In this document: in pieces, positions 11,601-19,900 of the stretch
How positions within the stretch are numbered: position 1 is the stretch's first letter
Layout of the letters: every line of letters starts with the position of its first letter
From: a virus
Reading direction: 5' to 3' (one strand)
DNA: 64,000 nt
IMG/VR virus record: IMGVR_UViG_3300025603_000009
Location: 1 to 64,000 of that record
Notes under the pieces: generated by a model
What the model saw: the letters and a program-made list of their open reading frames with translations, nothing else
Database searches by the model: none
Told to the model about the DNA's origin: nothing
Program-made: the position numbers and the translations under genes

Positions 11601-14600
11601 GGTACTATATGGAAGATTAGAAACACCGTCAAGTTTTGTTTGTGCGGCAATTAAAGAAGAACCTTTAGTTGATCTACCAATACTTACACTATCACTATTT
11701 ACTAATGCTTGTACTTTTCTTAAATCTCTACCTTGGTCTTCTAACATCATATTCTTTTTAAGAATAGCAAGTTGTGAAAAACGATAAGATTCTGATTCTT
11801 TATTTTCAGTAGCTAATAATTCAATAAGTTTAGTTCCTGAAACATCTGCATTTTCATCATATTTAGATGTATATTTATTACCACTATCATACTTTTCAAA
11901 AAGTGTAATATAAGCTAATTCTTTAGCTTTAACATAAGGCATTTCTTTACTTAACTTAGAAATTAATTTATGATATTCACTAATAATAGGTTGACTAATA
12001 AACGGTATAATTGTAGCTTCGTCAAATCCTTGACCTACTAATGTACGTATAGTATTAAAATTATCACCTACAACACTTAAAGGGTCCATTAGTAGATTAT
12101 TTTCATTATCTACTGAGATATTTTGAAAAGCCGAAAATACATCAATTTTTGTACGTACACCCTTATCATTAGTTTTTGGTTCATTTAAATTATTACTAAC
12201 TAAATCGCCAAATCTAATTTGTTGTACAACAGGTTTACCTGTTTCATCGGTAGTATAAAAATATACAGGAGATTCAGATTGTTGCAATGCAGCAAAATAT
12301 ACACTGTCCATACTAAAGCTACCAATACCATCTTTACCTTCACGTGCGCCTAAATAACGTTCTGTTTGATACTGTTCACTTAGTCCCGAAACAAAATCTT
12401 TTTCACCTTTTGCTTTAACTACAGCTTTATACAGTTCACCATCTTTACTCATAAGACCAAAACTTAATGGTCTTTTAATTCGCGCTTGAACTTCTTTATT
12501 AGAATTACTCATAACAGCAATATGAATATCCAAAAGCCTATTATGAAGATTTTTAATTTCTAATTTTCTACGAATAACTTTAGCATCTGCAGAATCAAAT
12601 TCTGTAGAACCTAAAATATCTCTAATTACTTGATCATTAAGAGCTTCAATTTCTTCTTTTGTATCGTAACTTACTGCACGTAAACTTTTACGAATTATTT
12701 TATCTGCAAATGTACCATCATTACGAACAAAATAATTGTTAGCTTTAGCAAATTCTTTACGACCTCTTGAGTCATCAAATTTGTCTATATTTTTACGAAT
12801 AATATCTCTTTTTGCCTTTGGAGAGTAATTATCAGTCGATATGAACTTTTGATATTCTTCTTCAATTTCATTAGGTTTTTTATTATTATTTGCGTATTCA
12901 GCTTCAACATATGTTGCACGTGACATAGCATATAAACTATCTACATCAAAATCTGAACCCATTCTAACAATAAAATCTCTAGGTGCAATAATAATATCTC
13001 CCATAGCTTCAGGAAGAAATCCTACAACTTCAATATAAGACATACTATTTTGAGCAGAAGTAGGAATACGATAACCAAACATATCTAATATTTCCGTAGG
13101 TAATTTAGATACATCAAGCATATTTCCAACCATAAAATCTGCAATATTTAATGTATTACCATAGTTATCTTTAAATTTAAACGGAACTAATACTTGATCA
13201 GGAGTTACTTTACCATCTTTATCATAAGAAGATGGTTGTAATCCTTTAGCAGCATCATAATTTTTTGTATAAATTATACCGTTTTTATCTTTATTAGTAA
13301 TTTCATCTTCAGTAAAAGTAGTTTTTTTCCAACCTTCTTGAGGTGCAAGAACATAAGAACTACCTGTTACAAGAATTTTTCTAATCTTATTTTCAACTAA
13401 TGAATTTAATAATGCTTCAAATTTAGAAGCAGAAGGAGAAAAGAAAATGGGAATTATAAAATTATTGTTATCAAGTTTTAACCCTTCAATTTCATTAATA
13501 TTATAGTTACGTTCTCGCGCTTCTTTTAAAATTATTTCATTAATTTTATTATTATTAACTGTACCATCTTCATTAAGAAGTTCATCTTTAAAATCTGCAT
13601 AATGAAGTTTATACAAATTATTATAAGTATCTAAAAATGTTTTGTTTAATTGCTTACCATTAATTTTTTTACCTTTATATGTAAAGTCTTGAACGTGTAG
13701 AATATCAGCAAACAATAATTTTCTTTGTTGAGAACCATCATTAATTACACCTTTTTCTTTAAATGGAACTTCATTTTGAATACCAAAATCTCTTCTATCA
13801 AGTTGTTTAGTATAAAGTGTAGAATCAATATCTTTTAAATCTTTAATACTACCATCTGAATTCCATATATTTAAAGGTTGTTCTAAATTACCTTGTTTAA
13901 TACCTGAACCATAAACACTTCTATCAATATCGTTAGCTTCCATAAACTCACGTAATTTATCAATATCGTGACCTTCTGTAAACTGTTTAAGTAAAGTTAT
14001 TTCTGCTAATTTAACATAAGTTTTAATATCAACATCAAATTCTTCAGATATTTCATTACCGTTAAAAACAGGTTTTTCAGCACCTAATACAATTTTTAAT
14101 TCTTTTTTAGAAAGTTTATCTCCTCTATCATGTTTTACAATTAATTCATTACCACGTTTTTGTGTAATAATACCTTTACCTACAAGGATTCTTACTTTTT
14201 CTTTTAGTGTAGTAACACCGTGTGCATCTGTAGTTTCAATTGCTTTATATTGTGCAGAATCTTTACCTAATATTTCTTCATAATGTGCAAGAATAGCAGA
14301 ATCCATTTTTAAATCCTGTAAATACAACATAGTAAATTGTTCATCTTTACTATTAGCTAATTCTTGTCTTGGCGCAGCTTCTCCAGCAAGACGTTTACTA
14401 ATATTTTCAAATGTATCTTTTATTTGTTGTTGAACACTGCTATTAGGATTACCTTTATACGATAAAGCAGGATCTCCTGCAAACATCATATACATATTTG
14501 CATTAGCAACAAGATAATTAATTTCCATGTCTGCGGCTGCTACACGTGCAGTATCAATATTAGCATCTTCTGCTACATCTGTAGCTTGTAAATTTAATGT

Positions 14601-16961
14601 AGCGGTGTAACGTGGATCTAAAAATTGAGATGCAACTTTACCACCATCAGTAATAATTTCAGCATCTTGCCACAATTTAATACGATTGTTTATTAAAGTA
14701 TTTACGTGTGTATTTAAAATTTTATAAAAAGTAGGTTTAAATTCTTCTAACAACACATCAGGAGAAACAGTTTTCTCACTCATTTTAATACTGTCATTAC
14801 CTATCTCAATATTGTTATCTTCAAGAAAAATTTCATACGCATCATTTAATTCAGGTATAAAATAAAATATGTTTGCACCTTCATTATAACCTTTAAGATT
14901 AACTTGTTTAACACGCTTTTGATGATTTATTGTACGTAATAATTCTGGAAGTACAAGAGTATCATACAACATATCTAAAGTAGGTTTACTTAACGATCCA
15001 GTAGATGTTAATGAAATAGGATAACGAGGTGCTGTAATTTGGTGTACAGTCTTTTTATCTGATGTATTTAAAAAATTATAAATGACATAATCTTTTCCTT
15101 GATTTTGAAACATATGTAATTTATACTTTAGTAAATCATCAGAACTTAATCGTTCAATAGGAATTGGACGACCATCTGTATCTCTATAAGTATCTGCATA
15201 AGTGATTTTTAATTTATCTTTTAAAACAGAATCATCTTTAGCTAATTCTCGTAGCCATTGTGAACCCGAATTAAAAGACAATTTTAATAACCCTTCAACC
15301 AAATTTGGTTCTGTTTTTAGACGGTTTAAACGGTTAATCATGTGTTTATTGTTGCTGTAAAACCATCTAGTTTTACCTTCACCATCTCTACCAGAATTAG
15401 AATATAAGTTATTACTAAAACGAACAGTGTGTTTTGCTAATGAAACAACAGCAGTATCAGAAAATAAGTCATTTTGTGTTAATGATGTTTTACCACGATT
15501 TCTAAAGTTTTTAGCAATTTGATCAAAAACATTATTTTTACCTAATAGTGTATCAAAACTAACTAAATCTCCTTGATAATAAATACCGTAATCAATTAAA
15601 GATTTAACAGCAGCGTCTGACATATCCATACCTACACTAGACAACCAACTTTGTACCATTTCAATTGTAGGTGTAGTTTTTTGTAATACATCAAAAGCAT
15701 CTAATATATCTTTAACTTGTTGTGTGTCTGTATTAACAAATACATCTACATCGCTACCTGATTCATCTGATTGTACAAAATCTTTTGCAATGTAATTACT
15801 ACGCCATTGTTTAAGTATACGCTTTTCTGCACTTGCACTATTTACATCACCCACATTTAATTGAATTGTACCATCTTCTCTAACAACACGTCGAGCATAA
15901 TTCATTTCAACGTAATGTTTAATCATATTATACTGAATAGCATTTTGTATAGAACTATCTGCTTCTTCAATACGCTCTGCAACTTGAGATAAAAATGGTT
16001 TATCATTTGCTGCATCATCTAAACGTGCAATTAATGAATCTATATCAGTATCACTACCAGCTAAAATTTCAATAACACTATCGTATACTTGATCAAATGG
16101 TACACGTTCTTTAAGTGCTAAGAAATTTGCTTTAGGTTTTTGATCTGCTTTTACATCTATAATATTAGCAAAAAATCTACGTAATTGTGTACTAGCTCCA
16201 GATTTAGGGTCTATAGATAAACTTCTTTTATCATTATAATTATTATTAGCAACACCTCCTGAAGTTTCTAAATCTTCGTCATATGTATTATCGTCAGACA
16301 AAACAAAACCTTGTTGATTTTCAATACGATTTGTAGCATAAGTTGTAAAACTTTCCCAATCATCTAATACTCTTTGAATATTATTAGCAACTACATTAGA
16401 TATTTTAGTGTCTTTTGCTCTAAGTTCCCTTTGATGTTTTTCAAGATTGGTTCTTGCAACTTTATACGCCTTTGATAGAGTGATAGGATTACTATCTTCT
16501 GCTTCATTTTGTTCTAATAATTGCCCTTGTACTGAACCTACAATTACATTAATAACAGATTCAGCTTGTGTAGGAGTAAATCCATCAATAATATATTTGG
16601 AACCAAAATCATCTTTTAATTCTGAAATAGCAGAAGCACTTAAAGCCATATCTTCTACACTACGAACGTGTTCAAGTAAAACTTCCAATTTAGGTTCTTC
16701 ATCTAGTCTACCATTCTCCTGTTCAAAGGCGGGTGTATACATATAAGCCTTATACCTAAAAGCTAAAGCGCGATCATTATCTACGTCATCTAATTTAAGT
16801 ATTTTATTAAAAAGTGGAGAACTAACACCTTCGCTAGTTTTGTCAATATTATGACCTTTATTAGCAACCCACAATAAATCAGCGGTATTTGTATTACCAT
16901 TAAAAGCGTTTAATAATTCTTTATATTCAGAATTATTACGGTTTGGACAAAATGTACTCAT
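5619..16961 (-). CDS. virion-packaged DNA-dependent RNA polymerase polyprotein (two-barrel RNAP, zincin, C-terminal cargo region)
   Basis: GYRIPT...MGSDFDVDSLY catalytic motif (12939-12953); LHELVH zincin motif (10065-10079); size and position after the cargo genes as in crAss-like phages. Confidence 0.9.
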   Translation of the reverse strand: MSTFCPNRNNSEYKELLNAFNGNTNTADLLWVANKGHNIDKTSEGVSSPLFNKILKLDDVDNDRALAFRYKAYMYTPAFEQENGRLDEEPKLEVLLEHVRSVEDMALSASAISELKDDFGSKYIIDGFTPTQAESVINVIVGSVQGQLLEQNEAEDSNPITLSKAYKVARTNLEKHQRELRAKDTKISNVVANNIQRVLDDWESFTTYATNRIENQQGFVLSDDNTYDEDLETSGGVANNNYNDKRSLSIDPKSGASTQLRRFFANIIDVKADQKPKANFLALKERVPFDQVYDSVIEILAGSDTDIDSLIARLDDAANDKPFLSQVAERIEEADSSIQNAIQYNMIKHYVEMNYARRVVREDGTIQLNVGDVNSASAEKRILKQWRSNYIAKDFVQSDESGSDVDVFVNTDTQQVKDILDAFDVLQKTTPTIEMVQSWLSSVGMDMSDAAVKSLIDYGIYYQGDLVSFDTLLGKNNVFDQIAKNFRNRGKTSLTQNDLFSDTAVVSLAKHTVRFSNNLYSNSGRDGEGKTRWFYSNNKHMINRLNRLKTEPNLVEGLLKLSFNSGSQWLRELAKDDSVLKDKLKITYADTYRDTDGRPIPIERLSSDDLLKYKLHMFQNQGKDYVIYNFLNTSDKKTVHQITAPRYPISLTSTGSLSKPTLDMLYDTLVLPELLRTINHQKRVKQVNLKGYNEGANIFYFIPELNDAYEIFLEDNNIEIGNDSIKMSEKTVSPDVLLEEFKPTFYKILNTHVNTLINNRIKLWQDAEIITDGGKVASQFLDPRYTATLNLQATDVAEDANIDTARVAAADMEINYLVANANMYMMFAGDPALSYKGNPNSSVQQQIKDTFENISKRLAGEAAPRQELANSKDEQFTMLYLQDLKMDSAILAHYEEILGKDSAQYKAIETTDAHGVTTLKEKVRILVGKGIITQKRGNELIVKHDRGDKLSKKELKIVLGAEKPVFNGNEISEEFDVDIKTYVKLAEITLLKQFTEGHDIDKLREFMEANDIDRSVYGSGIKQGNLEQPLNIWNSDGSIKDLKDIDSTLYTKQLDRRDFGIQNEVPFKEKGVINDGSQQRKLLFADILHVQDFTYKGKKINGKQLNKTFLDTYNNLYKLHYADFKDELLNEDGTVNNNKINEIILKEARERNYNINEIEGLKLDNNNFIIPIFFSPSASKFEALLNSLVENKIRKILVTGSSYVLAPQEGWKKTTFTEDEITNKDKNGIIYTKNYDAAKGLQPSSYDKDGKVTPDQVLVPFKFKDNYGNTLNIADFMVGNMLDVSKLPTEILDMFGYRIPTSAQNSMSYIEVVGFLPEAMGDIIIAPRDFIVRMGSDFDVDSLYAMSRATYVEAEYANNNKKPNEIEEEYQKFISTDNYSPKAKRDIIRKNIDKFDDSRGRKEFAKANNYFVRNDGTFADKIIRKSLRAVSYDTKEEIEALNDQVIRDILGSTEFDSADAKVIRRKLEIKNLHNRLLDIHIAVMSNSNKEVQARIKRPLSFGLMSKDGELYKAVVKAKGEKDFVSGLSEQYQTERYLGAREGKDGIGSFSMDSVYFAALQQSESPVYFYTTDETGKPVVQQIRFGDLVSNNLNEPKTNDKGVRTKIDVFSAFQNISVDNENNLLMDPLSVVGDNFNTIRTLVGQGFDEATIIPFISQPIISEYHKLISKLSKEMPYVKAKELAYITLFEKYDSGNKYTSKYDENADVSGTKLIELLATENKESESYRFSQLAILKKNMMLEDQGRDLRKVQALVNSDSVSIGRSTKGSSLIAAQTKLDGVSNLPYSTNIMNVEAIIGDYKKVPIGQDLDSETFLKLGYVKINATTYIRPRTINGMATVYALNTTVASWSKFFPYTNAVPSRVVDEIERLAGAEFNLNTSIERRIKVFNAMKSFVYTSLDTITDDAFESRSQLMYDKYTFDGINTEHIHMSVASILLDLRNKPIGQNAFLSRLQATPSKNSSLPADIMMYASTAENSDETAIYSAVADLLTSNEVIGTYNGEEWTTTRLMESLIQLMYLNGGVQSAVQYVKYIPPQYLIRSGIAKQLTENASLNNASLFGLSTGVRERVSFMAMQYFQHNVNELQNGEELDFIDPLVNEDGTINNDSLNIYIEGLDMNSVPSMIKYRNPTNKKFYPYLRVGNTYVILDRLGDAHGHSEYDAGAEVAKSMMVGNKTTTYELPANNPTLETTPIDNKKVKNVLKQSTAESYGLISKKNAVERTKDFLKTVIEKSTNSRNKLVAEALLANSSKLELAALQIDVRLSKGNPAQFNNATKVLTFNPDALQDSAELEKVMLHELVHSALNSTLINPKTAEEIQLVAKINGLFINFRNRVDSKKLQALVQKIERLKQKKDVVITEEEAEVIYAGYNIKEYVALALTSPDFQALLNETNYNDDISFWKKIVEYISQLFTGTNINENSELEAAMTYVLSLLETKTGKPAKNVVKVTKDSVLNPKNSGGISLGMYNYANLEEAYLAFKGNSNITNVQLKESMKLFFTYLHATNPEFVTALKNAKDNLIYVEFGNASDTKLYNTLLNQFKDRDLSITGAKQRSTVQDIIKRFKLKNRKGGWTLKTDPGIASHINKQYSGIKATARADGYGYVIVVEEDTTDFALSSGDSTDVNSNRFNKLIGNLRSRKKMLYQQIATANNNKDFYRVNVLEDTIADLNIEIDELTDALTVEEIAIFAKKDIDELEVIFSNDMTTGDLLYAKKLIHLWKNASEIFLNDAEKLSETISNMFSSIEGKINQFDTKLSILNIESMNDFVRERSPDSDVTEELSNKADISVASANVLDISRYGFVMLDLVSDAVKNANSRAFDEANKIYAKLDSLLPEVQAKLKAIQQTTNGTALYEPFMQKYNTGEKTGNIIYPYTQEFFETKKALFNRANESDNPAMWDNYFDWKHNNEILMDARLLAPPVVADDRLTYVGKFDEKAKAKHIAELKNNMGEYRYNVLSKRMEARMATFFEEFDVMYSEIVDNGFGSLSERQKRMKIWEIENSPYYYSNAVNKGKSIKIDGNFIKPMGHRFTYETPRKTNLETGEATIWNDSRFDTIANDETLSEFYEFMIDTFSSLHKYLPYNSRKNVQVNTLPTILKAVIEQFDEGGLKTGLASVYDKLIASTTEGSIKDTMYGDIDPITGEVDAQLEVKMLPDQKRAIDQIVEKGVLEFRIKTNSEPDLVYVQNLRRKATNEVAETKSFDLGKVIKAYSMAVLSYKHKSAIEDYVQIARNIINESRESRFTPKNEKITDPYDNVVQKSEIDSFKNLRTAYENYFKVFYGYAREVEGVSNIKFLTPIEKAEKKKYEDLLKELELLKVNNDIEDEEYTSLRAELELKAENVGGYIAASRVGDNLLQWMQLKGMGWNTFSAVANMGFGYISNLITAADGRDYTQGQLRKAYRMTWSSIGRNLTAHQLDKFDQSNVAMLALKIRAIMDKFDVLKDASNELYKTSKETTLNTRLKFLEAYNLQKRSEYLNQAPVMIAMMLNKKITDLNGEERTLWEAYDNEGNWNTQEFAENNEWSGNPADYAHNKSSNRFKNNLDQVIKKNHGNYDHLSPLAIKRKFLGRALAQFRTWMFEGWASRIESEKYDSHLEYTRKGRYRTISSLYFTPKVSNIETSGISNVVFTLNQLFRKATFRDTKFDDRFNEVDAANMRANLQELVIYAGLIAIHVLIKASLDDDDEDQKLYSNYLINMLTRMQTDITFYVNPQEQQALMKNLIPVSTLVTDLYEFIIAGGRFIQNDDTIATGIYSGDSRLLRETLQLMPLGTQAYRLYSTGQGVYRK

Positions 16962-19900
16962 TACTTACAAGGATTTTCTTTACGTTCAAAAGTATCGTTA
17001 ATTACAGATATACTCATATCTGACACTAAATCATCAATATCACCTAAATCTTCATCTATAAAATTATCTGATATAGAGTTTTCAGTAGCTTCAACAATTT
17101 CTTTTTTAATATTTGCTATTTCAGTTTCTATACTTTTAATAGCAGTTTTTAATTTTTTTATATCATTAGGAGTAATGCGTTTATTACTATTTTTCTTTTT
17201 TCTAAGAGCTAATAATAATGCTGTTAAACCACCACCTAATTCTACGGGATTAGGACCATCTGCAGGATTAGGATCAGTATTTGGAATAATTAATGCACCA
17301 GCAGAATTAGGGTGAATGTCATTATACCCACTATACTGATCAGTTTCTAATACACCATCTTTTGCAAGAGGTTTAGCTGTATAAGAACCTGCATCATATA
17401 CACCTATTGTTAAATTATTTGGTAATACACCAAATTGTTTCATAATATCATTAGCTTCTGTTTGAAGCCTCGCAATTGAACCTGTAACATCTCTTACAAT
17501 AGTGTTACCTTTTGCGTCTTTAAATATAAATACAGCAGATGCGCCAGAAAATCTTGAATATGCTTTTGGACCAGCCGCTGTTTTAACAAAATTAGGTACA
17601 GTTTTACCATCAACAGTTGTTATACCCCAAGCACCTGAAAAACCAATATCAGATTTACCTTGCCAATTTAATTCACCGTATTTATATTGATGTAATCTTG
17701 TTATTGTTATATCACTTTCTTCAACTTCACTAGCTAATTTATATTTAACAATAATTCTATAACCATCACGTTTAAATACAGGTACATAATCGGTTGAATC
17801 AATATCTTTACCAATTCTATTTCTTTTAAAATCTTTAGATGCTTGTTCTAATTCTGCATCGGATGTTTTAAATGTTAAATCTACACCATTATCATCAAAT
17901 ATCATAAAGTGTGCTACACCTTTAACACCCCCTTGTATACCGCCTTTTGTATCTTCTCCAATGGTTTCACCTGCTTCCATTCTAGATTTAATAGGTCCAG
18001 CTACATACACAAAACCATTTTCATTAAAAAACTGGTTTCTAATCATTAATAATGAATCATTAGCACCTTTTCTTGCCTTATAATGCGAATCTTTTATTCT
18101 ACCTAATTCTTTAAAATACGTATTATCTTTTATATACTGTTCTTTTTCAACTTTTGTAGCTTCAGCTTTAAGTTCAACTACTGTAGGTGCTGCTACAATA
18201 GCTTCTTCATTTACAACTTCTTCTGTTTTAGTATAATTGTATACCCCGTATTTAGATAAACCTCTAATAGCAGTTTGTTGCAATGTTTGACCTAACACAG
18301 AAGTTGTTATTTCAACCATTTGATTTAAATCTCCAGTAGCAGCAACAGAAGCAACAGTAGTTGTACTTCCTAAAATAGCAATAACTAATATAGCCTTTTT
18401 AATAGCTTGAAAAATTCTATTAACAAGTGCTTTAAATCCGTTTGTACCAGTTACTTCTACTTCAGGGTCTTTAAGTTTTTCTTTTACTTTTTCAACGATT
18501 TTTACTTTAGTTTCTTCTACAGTATCATCTTCTTCTGCAGCTTCTTCTACTTCGTCATCTGTAACTTCATTTTCAAGAACTTCTTCAACAGCTTCTGTAG
18601 TATTAGTTCCTAATTTTTCTACAGTTTTTTCCGCTTTTTGTCGTTTTTCTTCTGTAGTATTGATTTTATTATCTGTACTTGAATCTTGTTCAAGTTCTTC
18701 TAATAATTCATTAGCTTCTTTTAATTCTTTTTCTTTTTGTGTTAAATTATCATTTAACGTTTTAAGTTTTTCTTTAGAATCAGCTGCAATCTTTTCTTCT
18801 TCTTTCTCTTTCTTTTCTTCTTCTTTTCTCTTTTTTTCTTCTTCTTTTTCTACAGTTTCCTCTACAACTTCTTCTTCTACAACCACTTCTTTTACAGTTT
18901 CTTCTTCTACTACCTTTTCTACAACTTCTTCTACAGTTTTTTCTGCAGTTTCTTCTTCAAAATTTAATTCAGTTTGATTATCATCTTTTTCTTTATTAGG
19001 TGGTTTAACAGGAGTTGTTTTTGCTTTTTCAACTTCTTTTGTAGTTTCTTGAACAGCTTCAACTACAACTTCTTCGGCAACTGGTGTAGGTATTGTAGTT
19101 AAATCTAAAGTAATAGACATAGGATCAGCAACATCTTCTTGTTTTATTCCCGGTACACCTTTAACATCAAATTTAATTACAGGTTGTAATGTATAAGCAT
19201 AATTACCATTAGGTAATTTTATAGACATTAAATTAGTTACTGTATTAAGTTTAATGTGGTCTGTGTATGTATTTTGTACACTTGATACTTTACCGTCTGA
19301 ACTAATATAAGGTACAACATATTTAGTTGTACCTAATTTAGCTATATCAAATCTTGTATAATGTTCTTTAATATGAGCTTTAAAAACAGCCATAGTTGTT
19401 TCTGCCGCTTTAGTAGTCATACCTTTATAAAAACCAAGTTTACCTCCAGCACCTTTACCACGTGTAAAATCAAGACTGTTTGTTTTTGTATTAACATCTA
19501 AAAGATGAATAATACTATCAACTTTTTCTGCGATTTCATTAATATCAGAACCTACACTATGAACAAATAAACCAATATAAGATTTAAGTCCGTTTGTAGT
19601 AAGTATATTGTATCCATAATTATCTAATTCTTTAGTTAAATCAGAAGGAACACCATCTATCCACGCCTGAACTGCTTGAACTATACTTTCAGATGCTTGT
19701 TCACTAATTTTTTCTTTCTGTAATGGAACAGGCAAGTACATAGTTTCTCCATCTTTTTTACCTACAGGTAAAAGAGCATAAGTATAACCTTCTCTTCTAT
19801 TAGATGCTTTACCAATTACTTTACCTTTAAATTTACGACCTTTTCCAGTCATTAAAAAACCTTGTTTAGATATAGCAAATCCAAGATTTTCATCAGGAAA

